From: Candidatus Hydrogenedentota bacterium
GTDB taxonomy: Bacteria; Hydrogenedentota; Hydrogenedentia; Hydrogenedentales; SLHB01
Direction: 5' to 3'
Assembly: GCA_903925285.1 (NCBI GenBank)
Contig: CAIYET010001005.1
Location: 9,703 to 73,702 of the forward strand
Length of the DNA stretch: 64,000 nucleotides
In this document: piece after piece, positions 9,546 to 17,060 of the stretch
Position numbering within the stretch: the stretch's first letter is position 1
How the letters are laid out: each line of letters starts with the position of its first letter
Translations under genes and position numbers: made by a program
The notes under the pieces: model-generated
What the model was told of the DNA's origin: nothing
Seen by the model: the letters and a program-made list of their open reading frames with translations, nothing else
The model's database searches: none

Positions 9546-10250
9546 ATGGATGTAGCAGTATGTGATCCCGACGGCATTGCAAGGGTCATCCCCGCTTTCC
9601 CATATCCAACCGATCCCGCGATAGGGTGGACTCCCCCTCCTGAAACCTATTGGACGTATGATGCGCTAATGGGGAAAAGCGACGGTGGCGATGACGGTGA
9701 TAGTGGTGGCGATGGTAGTGGTAGTGGTCTGGCATATCACGATCTAATTTGTATGGAAGACGCTTCAAACCCTGCTAATTGGAGAACCGACGCCCATCCC
9801 TTGTTTTCATATAAAGGGGGTGTGGTGTATCGGAACTTAAATGCCGGGATTAGGTCGGGGGTTTTTCATCCATACGACGATTCGCATACTGAGTTACATT
9901 ATTATACTTCTTTCCCGCTGGATGTAATCGTGCCCTGCGACAGAGCTTCATATTGGGTATCAACTCCTCCAATCGAAAAAAGCAATATACATTTTGATGC
10001 GAATTTTACGGTTCTTATTTTTAATATAATAACTGTTGATGTTTATATAGATTGGACGACGAACGATGGAATAGCTGGACAAATACACTATCAAGATAGT
10101 GTTGGGTGGCCGGGGGCAATAAATTATGACCATGTTTTCAATCGCGTACAAGCTAGAAACAATGCGGTGCGGGTGAGGGTTATGGTTTCGGGAAGATATG
10201 GTGATTCTTATTTTAGACTTACTAATTTCACTGGGGGGCCTGATGCGTGA
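9546..10250 (+). CDS. hypothetical protein between the two fibre genes (fibre accessory or receptor-binding candidate)
   Basis: ATG at 9546 (MDVAVCDPDG) after GGAGTGAGG, in frame with track ORF 9510..10250. Acidic Gly/Ser/Asp linker GDDGDSGGDGSGSG. The 3' two-thirds are visibly AT-rich compared with the flanks. Confidence 0.5.
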   Translation: MDVAVCDPDGIARVIPAFPYPTDPAIGWTPPPETYWTYDALMGKSDGGDDGDSGGDGSGSGLAYHDLICMEDASNPANWRTDAHPLFSYKGGVVYRNLNAGIRSGVFHPYDDSHTELHYYTSFPLDVIVPCDRASYWVSTPPIEKSNIHFDANFTVLIFNIITVDVYIDWTTNDGIAGQIHYQDSVGWPGAINYDHVFNRVQARNNAVRVRVMVSGRYGDSYFRLTNFTGGPDA

Positions 10251-11370
10251 AATAATAAAAACAAAATACTCCGACGAAGAGATATCGAAGGCCGCCGATT
10301 TTGGGCATACGGCGGACTCCCCCGTGGAGATCCTTCAGGCGCTTTTCGATGCCGCATTTTACGACGTTGTGGGCTCCTTCGTTTTGTCGGGTCTTGCGGT
10401 TTCCCAGCTTTCAACCCCTTCGATGAATGTCCAGATAGGTCCCGGGCTGGCGTTCGATCGTGCTTCCGCGAAATTCCTTCATCTTGCGGCCGCATTGAGT
10501 ACGGCCGTCGCGGCCGCCGATGCTTCCTTTGCTCGATACGACACGGTGGAAATGCAGTACCTTGAAACCGATTTCGACGCAGAATCGAGGGCCTTCAAGG
10601 ACCCGTCAAGCGGCACCGTTTCATACTCAAGCGTCAACACGAAAACGAAAGTGGGAGTACAGATAAAATGCCTTACCGGGACGCCCGGGGCCGGCGTAGC
10701 GCCAGCGGTAGAGTCCGGCTGGGTGAAGCTCGGGGAGGTCCTTGTAGGGGCTGGGGCAACCGCTATTTTCGACGCCGATGTCTTGGGGATCACCGCCATA
10801 CAGGACGGCGAAGCCAATGCTTCATGGACGGCCGAAGACCAAGTAACCTTCAGCCTTGAATCGGTTTCGACGATCAAGAAAAGGTATCTCGCGCACATGG
10901 TCGAACTGATAACCGAGGCCGCTTCGGTCCACGGGATACGACAGGGCGTTGGCGGAGGATTCAACGCGGACATGCTCGACGGGCACCATGGGGACTACTA
11001 CAGGGACGCGGCCGCCTTCGATGGCCGGGCGTCGGCAGACTTCGCCACCGCCGCGCAGGGGGCAAAGGCCGACGCCGCCCTGCCGGCAAGCAGTTATACC
11101 GCGAACGACATCATGGAAAAGATAGCGCAAACGGTCGGGGGGTGGAGCAACCGTATTCTTGCCGGCGCTGAAACCTATGTCATCCCCACGGGAATTTACA
11201 TGATGATTACGAACAATGTCGCCGTGAAGCTCGAACTTCTGAATTCAAGCTCGATTTGGGATAGGTCGGCGGAGGCTGTTTCTGGTATGATTATTTCCGA
11301 CGGGGTGAATTTCAGGTTCATCAACACCGGATTGGAAAACTATGTTGTCAGCTACCGGAAGCTGGCCTAA
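10243..11370 (+). CDS. tail fibre protein 2 (paralogue of fibre 1 with a different C-terminal domain)
   Basis: Internal ATG (MREIIKTKYSDEEISKAADF) overlaps the upstream stop. The N terminus aligns with fibre 1 (SQLSTPSMNVQIGPGLAF / SQLASPSMNAQLNPGVAF; GTPGAGVAPAVESGWVKLGEVLV / GTPGAGVAPAVETGWVKLAEVLV). It has a single LDGHHGDYYRD motif. Confidence 0.7.
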   Translation: MREIIKTKYSDEEISKAADFGHTADSPVEILQALFDAAFYDVVGSFVLSGLAVSQLSTPSMNVQIGPGLAFDRASAKFLHLAAALSTAVAAADASFARYDTVEMQYLETDFDAESRAFKDPSSGTVSYSSVNTKTKVGVQIKCLTGTPGAGVAPAVESGWVKLGEVLVGAGATAIFDADVLGITAIQDGEANASWTAEDQVTFSLESVSTIKKRYLAHMVELITEAASVHGIRQGVGGGFNADMLDGHHGDYYRDAAAFDGRASADFATAAQGAKADAALPASSYTANDIMEKIAQTVGGWSNRILAGAETYVIPTGIYMMITNNVAVKLELLNSSSIWDRSAEAVSGMIISDGVNFRFINTGLENYVVSYRKLA

Positions 11371-11376
11371 AGGAGG

Positions 11377-11670
11377 ATGGCCATGACCACGATGTATTTA
11401 ATCATAGCCGCCGCGCTCTTGGCCCGGGCGGGGCTATATGCGTATTTCTGGGTGACATACCACCTCCGCAAGCAGGATTGGGTAATGAGCATCATGTTTG
11501 TATTGTTCGCACTCAGCTTCGCCCTTTACGGGCTGGAACGCGAATGGGCAAAGGCTGTTCTGGTCGAAAGGGTGCTGGATATTGCGATTTGTTTTTTCGT
11601 GGTATATACCTTTATTGATTCAGCGATGGCCGAAATCAGGCGCATAAAATCAAACAAGGTCGAAAAGTAA
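11377..11670 (+). CDS. small multi-pass membrane protein (holin-like candidate)
   Basis: 97 aa with about three hydrophobic helices (LIIAAALLARAGLYAYFWV, IMFVLFALSFALYGL, VLDIAICFFVVYTFI) and a charged C terminus. AGGAGG precedes the start. Confidence 0.45.
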   Translation: MAMTTMYLIIAAALLARAGLYAYFWVTYHLRKQDWVMSIMFVLFALSFALYGLEREWAKAVLVERVLDIAICFFVVYTFIDSAMAEIRRIKSNKVEK

Positions 11671-11683
11671 CCTGCGGGGGTTT

Positions 11684-12448
11684 ATGATGGATGCTTGGCT
11701 ATTGGTGCCGCTGGCCCAAAAGATAGGTGACGTTCTTCTTGCATGCTGTTTCATCGTCTTCGTCCTTTTCTCTTTATGGGCTTTCATCCGGCTTACCAAT
11801 CCCAAGAAGCTGTCTTTCGGGAAGGGTTCGGCCGACTTTTCAAAGTCCGATGATGAAGAGAGCGAGCCCGAGCCGGAAGGAGAACAAGAAGAACCCCCGT
11901 CCCTGAAACAGCACCGATACTTCAAGTTGCTCGAAGCCGCCAAGAGTCCCGCGTTTTTCATTCCGCTAACCGGGGAATTCTCGCCGAAGGACTCTGTGAA
12001 CATTGCTTTCCTTCAATGCAAGTTCCGGGTGTTTCAGGAAGGAATAGGGGAGTTCGTTGAATACCTAGAGCGGACCGATGGGGACGGGGTTGGAAGCTTC
12101 CCCTCGAAGATCAATTACCTTGTAGAAAAGTGCGAAGTAATGTCCCACAAGCTCGTGATAGAGCTTCCCGACGGGACAACGATAGTCGGCGTTCCTTCCT
12201 GCTACCTGAACAAGTTCAATATCTGGAACTCTCCCCATGAAAAGCTCTGTATGGACGGGGTAAGCAATGTCTTGGCCGATCGGCTCTATCCGGACTGGTG
12301 GACGAGGACGGCGGCCGCGCTGGAATACCTTTACATGGCCTTCGAGCTTACCCGGGAAGACGCCCTGCATACGCTGTCGCATCTGAACGGATGCCTAGAA
12401 GCTGAAGTTCGGGAGAAGATAGCGTTCGCGCAGGGGGCCGGGAAATGA
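11684..12448 (+). CDS. hypothetical N-terminally membrane-anchored protein
   Basis: N-terminal hydrophobic segment (LLACCFIVFVLFSLWAFI) followed by an acidic linker. No recognisable catalytic motif. Confidence 0.45.
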   Translation: MMDAWLLVPLAQKIGDVLLACCFIVFVLFSLWAFIRLTNPKKLSFGKGSADFSKSDDEESEPEPEGEQEEPPSLKQHRYFKLLEAAKSPAFFIPLTGEFSPKDSVNIAFLQCKFRVFQEGIGEFVEYLERTDGDGVGSFPSKINYLVEKCEVMSHKLVIELPDGTTIVGVPSCYLNKFNIWNSPHEKLCMDGVSNVLADRLYPDWWTRTAAALEYLYMAFELTREDALHTLSHLNGCLEAEVREKIAFAQGAGK

Positions 12449-13089
12449 TCGTCGACGTTTCGGCCGGAAAGCAGAACTATTCCCAGAGGAACAACCAGAT
12501 AAGTCCCATGGGCGCGTGTGCGACAACCTCCATAGCCATGGCCATAGACTACGCGGGGATACCCTTTCCTGCTTCTAAGTGGCCCCAGCCCGAAGACGGC
12601 ATAATAGACTTCATCCGGACCAATCCCGAGGTCCAGCTATACTATCAAAAAAACTATCCCGGGCTGTTCGGGGCGAAGACTCCCGCGAACGAGATTCATG
12701 CCGTCAACGTCTTCGGGGTGAACCTCTATTTCCAGAAAAAGATCATCGACTTCTCGATGAAGATCACTGTTCCCGAGATCCTGTTCCGGACCGTGGCGAA
12801 CCGCGCCGTACCCGTCTCGGGGATATGGGCGGGCCTCCATCACGTCGTCTGCGTCGTGGGCTTCGAGACGGGGCAAGAGAATGTCTATTTTTGCGCCGAT
12901 CCCGATGATATCATCCTTGGACAGGTGGACACGGTGCTGATAGATGATCCTTACGGCGACTATCGGACGGGTTACAAGGTCCAGACAGGGAACAACATTC
13001 GGGTCCCCTACAAAGACTTCGTGGCCAACGTCAATTCACCGGGAAGCCTTTTTGAAAAATGGGCGTACATGCTTACGCTCGGGAGGTAG
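12445..13089 (+). CDS. papain-like (C39-like) cysteine peptidase, endolysin candidate
   Basis: ATGA overlap with the upstream gene. Putative catalytic Cys in SPMGACATTSIAMAIDY and His in GLHHVVCVVGFE. The endolysin role is inferred from its position among holin and spanin genes. Confidence 0.5.
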   Translation: MIVDVSAGKQNYSQRNNQISPMGACATTSIAMAIDYAGIPFPASKWPQPEDGIIDFIRTNPEVQLYYQKNYPGLFGAKTPANEIHAVNVFGVNLYFQKKIIDFSMKITVPEILFRTVANRAVPVSGIWAGLHHVVCVVGFETGQENVYFCADPDDIILGQVDTVLIDDPYGDYRTGYKVQTGNNIRVPYKDFVANVNSPGSLFEKWAYMLTLGR

Positions 13090-13092
13090 AAG

Positions 13093-13395
13093 ATGGCGGA
13101 CACGAAAGACGCGGTTGCGGCTCCGGCCAAGACGACCGACGCCAAGAATCTGAGCAAGTGGGGACAGGTGGTCGCGGCGCTCTGGATCGCGCTTATCTGT
13201 ATCTGGAAGTTCTACAAGATGGACCCGTCGGCCATCGAGGTACAGGACGTTCTCATGTCGGGGCTGGCGATCGGTGGCTGTTTCTCGCCGACCTTCGTTT
13301 CCATCTGGCTGGACAAGATCGTGGATATCACAAAGTCACGATATGCCCCGGACGCGGGCGGTGGGCCGGCCCCTGCGGTGCGTGAAGAAAAATGA
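13093..13395 (+). CDS. holin candidate (two TM helices)
   Basis: GGAGG RBS. 100 aa with helices WGQVVAALWIALICIWKFY and LMSGLAIGGCFSPTFVSIWL. Lies immediately upstream of the spanin pair. Confidence 0.45.
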   Translation: MADTKDAVAAPAKTTDAKNLSKWGQVVAALWIALICIWKFYKMDPSAIEVQDVLMSGLAIGGCFSPTFVSIWLDKIVDITKSRYAPDAGGGPAPAVREEK

Positions 13396-13697
13396 CTACA
13401 TACATCATCCTCGCGCTGATCGCGGTGATTGCAAGCTTGGCCATGGTGGTATCCCTCCTGTCCTCAAGGAACAAAACCATGCGGGAAGAACGAAATCGGG
13501 CCATAGGCGAACGCGACGGGCTGAAGAGGTCCGTGGATGCCCTGAACCAGCGTATAAACGACCTGAAGGCCATAGGGGCCTACCAGAAACAAGAAGAAGG
13601 CAAGATAGATGAAGCGAAAACCGATGAAGACGTTCATAATGTTGTTGACGGTATTCTTGCTGGCAACAATGCTCGGGTGCCAGACAGTCCCAAGTAA
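13392..13697 (+). CDS. i-spanin (Rz-like)
   Basis: ATGA overlap. N-terminal TM helix (YIILALIAVIASLAMVVSLL) followed by a charged coiled-coil-like segment. A lipoprotein gene starts inside its 3' end. Confidence 0.6.
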   Translation: MTTYIILALIAVIASLAMVVSLLSSRNKTMREERNRAIGERDGLKRSVDALNQRINDLKAIGAYQKQEEGKIDEAKTDEDVHNVVDGILAGNNARVPDSPK

Positions 13698-13881
13698 TCC
13701 GGCGGCCTATGTCCTGCCGGCGAAGCCCGAGCGGAAGCCACAGGCGAGCCCCCAGACGGTTGCGGACTCTGCGCGCATCATTTTATACTATGAACTTCTG
13801 GTACAAGATTGGGAGTCGTGGGCAAGCACGGTGGAAAACATCATTCCCGTCGCTCCCACTATTCCCACTGTTCCGAAGTGA
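13609..13881 (+). CDS. o-spanin (Rz1-like outer-membrane lipoprotein), overlapped architecture
   Basis: Signal peptide plus lipobox (FIMLLTVFLLATMLGC). Pro-rich mature part. Starts in another frame within the last ~90 nt of the i-spanin gene and extends beyond it. Confidence 0.65.
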   Translation: MKRKPMKTFIMLLTVFLLATMLGCQTVPSNPAAYVLPAKPERKPQASPQTVADSARIILYYELLVQDWESWASTVENIIPVAPTIPTVPK

Positions 13882-13921
13882 CGGGGATCAACCCCGCCCA
13901 AAACCTTTAAGGAGGTATGGC

Positions 13922-14107
13922 ATGACGGAGAGAAAGAAGAAGGGGCTGGCTTTCATGGTGACGGGGGTAGTGACCGCCGCCGTCGGCGTAATCCTGTATT
14001 TCGTCCCGGCCACCCCGGTATGGGTCCCGACCGTGCTGTCCCTGATAACCGCCGTATGCGGCGTTCTCGGGATCGCCTTCGTCGCCCCGGACCCCACCGT
14101 TCCCTGA
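13922..14107 (+). CDS. small two-TM membrane protein
   Basis: ATG (MTERKKKGLAF) after GGAGG, in frame with track ORF 13709..14107. Two hydrophobic helices. Last gene before the terminator. Confidence 0.45.
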   Translation: MTERKKKGLAFMVTGVVTAAVGVILYFVPATPVWVPTVLSLITAVCGVLGIAFVAPDPTVP

Positions 14108-14130
14108 TCCACTGTCATCTAAAAAAGTGC

Positions 14131-14156
14131 GGGCCGGAGAAATCCGGCCCTTTTTT
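14131..14156 (+). terminator. rho-independent terminator, potentially bidirectional
   Basis: Perfect 8-bp stem GGGCCGGA / TCCGGCCC with a GAAA loop, followed by TTTTTT and preceded by AAAAAA. Confidence 0.8.
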
Positions 14157-14191
14157 GTCTCAGAATGTAGCTATAAAATAGATATTATATG

Positions 14192-14219
14192 TTGACATTA
14201 TATAGATTGGGCGCATAAT
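14192..14219 (+). promoter_or_regulatory. sigma70-type promoter P1 (TTGACA-16-CATAAT)
   Basis: Consensus -35 and a near-consensus -10 in an AT-rich gap, with an A/T-rich upstream element and small palindromes (CTATAAAATAG, ATATTATAT). Lies upstream of the AbrB-like gene. Confidence 0.6.
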
Positions 14220-14252
14220 GGAGGGGTGTTCAGCCCAAATGCAGGAGGTAAT

Positions 14253-14435
14253 ATGCCCGAGTTGATCGGAGAAAGGAAGGTGTATGGGGGGTCAAGCTCC
14301 CTGTTTATCACCATTCCGGCCTCCTACGCCAAGAGCGTAGGGGTTAAGGCGGGGACGGTGCTGGATGTCTTCCGCGAAGGGGACTCCCTTATCGTGAAGC
14401 CCAAAAAGGAGGAGGAAGTACGGCAAAGCGTGTAG
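14253..14435 (+). CDS. AbrB/SpoVT-family DNA-binding protein
   Basis: ATG (MPELIGERKVY) after GGAGG, in frame with track ORF 14226..14435. GGSSSLFITIPASYAKSVGVKAGTVLDVFREGDSLIVKP matches the swapped-hairpin AbrB/MazE domain pattern. Confidence 0.65.
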   Translation: MPELIGERKVYGGSSSLFITIPASYAKSVGVKAGTVLDVFREGDSLIVKPKKEEEVRQSV

Positions 14436-14458
14436 GACCGCAAGGGCGATCGGTGTCG

Positions 14459-14617
14459 ATGTACCTGAGCATAGATGCAATCGACGTACTTGAAAAAGTT
14501 GCAACTGCTTTCAATATAAGCCGTTCCGATGTTCTTGACGGTTTGATTATCGCGAACAAGGAACAGCTATTAGAAGCAGTAGAACAGAAGTCTAATAGTC
14601 TATTAGAAAGAATCTAA
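14459..14617 (+). CDS. possible small ribbon-helix-helix-like protein (52 aa, below the ORF-track cutoff)
   Basis: Hand-translated as MYLSIDAIDVLEKVATAFNISRSDVLDGLIIANKEQLLEAVEQKSNSLLERI. It has a strand-helix-helix-like pattern and fills the gap before the exonuclease gene. Weak. Confidence 0.3.
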   Translation: MYLSIDAIDVLEKVATAFNISRSDVLDGLIIANKEQLLEAVEQKSNSLLERI

Positions 14618-14633
14618 TAGAAAAGGAAGTCCT

Positions 14634-15632
14634 ATGGTTGAAGAAATGATCCTTGAAAACAGCCCGGCCTGTGAGATAATCAGGCGGTCGGAGCCGAAGA
14701 CCGAAGACGAGTTCCGCGAAGCGCGGACCGTCGGCCTCGGGGGCTCGGACGCGGGCGCAATCCTCGGGCTCTCGACGTACAAGTCGCCGTTCATGGTGGC
14801 TTGTGAGAAAATGAAGCTGGTCCGCCGGTCGGAAGACACCGACGCAACCCGGCGCGGCAAGAAGCGGGAGCCGTGGCTTCGCGGGCTCCTTGCCGACTGG
14901 TTTTTCGCGGAAACCGGGAAGCAGGTCAAGGTATACAGCGCCCCTGGGCAGTACCGCTCGAAGCGGAATCCAATCATCATTGCCCAGATGGACGGCTTCG
15001 TGGACATCGAGGGCCTTGGCCTCGGGGTCCTCGAAATCAAGACCGCCATCGACTTCATGATGCCGTATTGGGAGAACGACCAGATTCCCGATTCCTACTA
15101 CGCGCAGGGACAGCACTACGCCCTCGGCACCGACCTCCCCTATACCCTCTTCTTCGCCGAAGTCGGCGACACCTTCCTATACCGGATATCTCCGCGAAAC
15201 CAAGAATTCATCGACAAGATGGAAGCGCAGGAAGTCCAGTTCTGGAACACCTATATCGTCCCAAAGATTCTCCCCGACCCGGCGGGCATCGAGAAGGAAG
15301 AGCCCTACCTTCTGCAACTGTACGGCAAGTCCGACAGCGAACAGTTCATCGCACTCCCCGACTTGGCCGAAAAGGCCGCCCGGTACATCGCCCTCGGCGA
15401 AGCCATAAAGCCCCTCGAAGCCGAAAAGGACGCCATCAACGCCCTCTTCAAGGGAAGGATCGGGAACGCGAAGGGCGCGGCCGCCGGGGCCTACAGGGCG
15501 ACGTGGAGCCGGTTCAAGAAGGAAAGCCTCGACACCGCGAAGCTGAAGGTCGAAGAGCCGAAGATATGGCAGAAGTACCGCAAGGAGTCCGACACGGGGC
15601 GGCTGACGATAACCCTGCCGGTGGCCAAATGA
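14634..15632 (+). CDS. YqaJ-like / lambda-Exo-type recombination exonuclease
   Basis: N-terminal EFREARTVGLGGSDAGAILGLSTYKSPF and the PD-(D/E)XK-like MDGFVDIEGLGLGVLEIKTA are typical of YqaJ viral recombinases. A RecT gene lies downstream. Confidence 0.8.
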   Translation: MVEEMILENSPACEIIRRSEPKTEDEFREARTVGLGGSDAGAILGLSTYKSPFMVACEKMKLVRRSEDTDATRRGKKREPWLRGLLADWFFAETGKQVKVYSAPGQYRSKRNPIIIAQMDGFVDIEGLGLGVLEIKTAIDFMMPYWENDQIPDSYYAQGQHYALGTDLPYTLFFAEVGDTFLYRISPRNQEFIDKMEAQEVQFWNTYIVPKILPDPAGIEKEEPYLLQLYGKSDSEQFIALPDLAEKAARYIALGEAIKPLEAEKDAINALFKGRIGNAKGAAAGAYRATWSRFKKESLDTAKLKVEEPKIWQKYRKESDTGRLTITLPVAK

Positions 15633-15781
15633 AGTTACTCATAGAGCCCAGCGACCTTTTCGCTGTTTTCCTGATAATGGGAACAGCTACCGCAATAGGG
15701 GTTCTTTTGGGTGTTGTCGCCGGCCTATCGTTGTGGAAACTGTCCGCATGGATCAAAAAGGTTTTCAGGAGGAAACGATGA
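15629..15781 (+). CDS. small single-TM protein (50 aa)
   Basis: ATGA overlaps at both ends (exonuclease stop and ATPase start). MKLLIEPSDLFAVFLIMGTATAIGVLLGVVAGLSLWKLSAWIKKVFRRKR. In frame with the tail of track ORF 14873..15781. Confidence 0.4.
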   Translation: MKLLIEPSDLFAVFLIMGTATAIGVLLGVVAGLSLWKLSAWIKKVFRRKR

Positions 15782-17022
15782 AGCTAATCACTCTTTCAAT
15801 CAAGAACGTCCGAAGCATCCGCGCGGCGGAATTCAACTTCGAGGACAAGACCCTCGTGGAGATCCGGGGGAAGAACGGGGCGGGGAAGTCGACCGTCATC
15901 GACTCCATCCTGTTCCTGCTCAAGGGCTCCCGGGACATTCCCGCCGGCGTCGTCACGAACGGCGAAGAGCGGGGCGTCATCGTTGGCATCGTCGGGGAGT
16001 ACACCATCCGCCGGGTGATAAGCGCCGACGGGGCTTCGACGCTCGCCATAGAGGGTCCGACCGGCAAGGTGCCCAGCCCGCAAGCCTTCCTCGACCAGCT
16101 TGCCGGGAAGTTTCTGGACCCCGAATACTTCAAGTTCCTCCCGAGCGATCAGAAGCGGGCGCTCCTGCTCCGCTATGCGGGCATCGACTTCACCGCCATC
16201 GACAGCGACATCATGGTCGCGGAACAGAACCGGCTTGTGCTGGGCCGGCTCCTGAAGACGCTGGGCACCGTCGGGCCGGAACCTGAAAAGGTAGCGTCCG
16301 TATCGGTGGCCGAACTCCTGAAGCAGAGGAACGAAATCGAAACCTTCAACCGGGAACAGGCCGCCCAGAAGGAAGCGAACACCTCCCGCGTGGAGACGGT
16401 CAAGAACAGGATCATTGAACGGCTTCGGGCGGGCTCGTTCGCTACCTTCGTGGAGCTTGCTTCCGTCCTCGAATCCACCATAAACCAGTACAACGAGTCC
16501 GTGAAGGCGATCAAGGATTGGGTGGATGTCCTCCCCGCGAAGCCCCTCGACGAAATCGACGCGGCGCTTTCGGGCACCGAGGAAAACAACAGGCAGGCCG
16601 ACGCCCACAAGGAATGGGTCACCCGGCGCGACAACATCGCGGCGAAGCAAGCCGAATACGATGCGGCCGACAAGGCCGTGGCCGACCTCCGTGAGAAGAA
16701 GCACAATACGGTTGCCGGCGCGAAAATGCCGATCAAGGATCTCGAAATCACGGACACGGGCCTTGCGTTCCGGGGAGTTTCCGACCAGAATTGGTCCGAC
16801 AGCGAGGCCTTGAAGATCGCCCTAAACATCGCCATCGCGTATTCGGGCGACCTGAAGGCCATCTACATCAAGCGTGGGGAAGCCCTCGACAGCGCGAGCC
16901 TCGAAAAGATTCGCGCCTATGCCGAGAAGAAGGACTTCCAGATCATCGTCGAGATTGTGGACGATTCCTATGCCAAGCAGGGCGACGGGGTTATCTACAT
17001 CGAAGACGGCGCAGTCCGGTAA
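15778..17022 (+). CDS. SMC/RecF/SbcC-like AAA ATPase (recombination-associated)
   Basis: Internal ATG (MKLITLSIKNVRSIRAAEFNF). Walker A GKNGAGKST, central coiled-coil-like region, and a C-terminal Walker B/D-loop-like KAIYIKRGEALDSASLEKI. Confidence 0.7.
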   Translation: MKLITLSIKNVRSIRAAEFNFEDKTLVEIRGKNGAGKSTVIDSILFLLKGSRDIPAGVVTNGEERGVIVGIVGEYTIRRVISADGASTLAIEGPTGKVPSPQAFLDQLAGKFLDPEYFKFLPSDQKRALLLRYAGIDFTAIDSDIMVAEQNRLVLGRLLKTLGTVGPEPEKVASVSVAELLKQRNEIETFNREQAAQKEANTSRVETVKNRIIERLRAGSFATFVELASVLESTINQYNESVKAIKDWVDVLPAKPLDEIDAALSGTEENNRQADAHKEWVTRRDNIAAKQAEYDAADKAVADLREKKHNTVAGAKMPIKDLEITDTGLAFRGVSDQNWSDSEALKIALNIAIAYSGDLKAIYIKRGEALDSASLEKIRAYAEKKDFQIIVEIVDDSYAKQGDGVIYIEDGAVR

Positions 17023-17060
17023 AGAGTATGCCCTGGTGGACCCGGGGCAAAGGAAGAAAC

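Noticed and set aside
8510-9589. 359-aa minus-strand ORF
   Set aside because: It lies antisense to the repeat region of tail fibre 1. The repetitive Gly/Arg/Val translation mirrors the + strand repeats.
14873-15628. 5' part of the 302-aa + strand ORF 14873..15781
   Set aside because: It is an alternative frame inside the YqaJ exonuclease gene, with an Arg/Pro/Gly-rich translation. Only the final 50 codons (15629..15781), which lie beyond the exonuclease stop, were kept as a possible microprotein.
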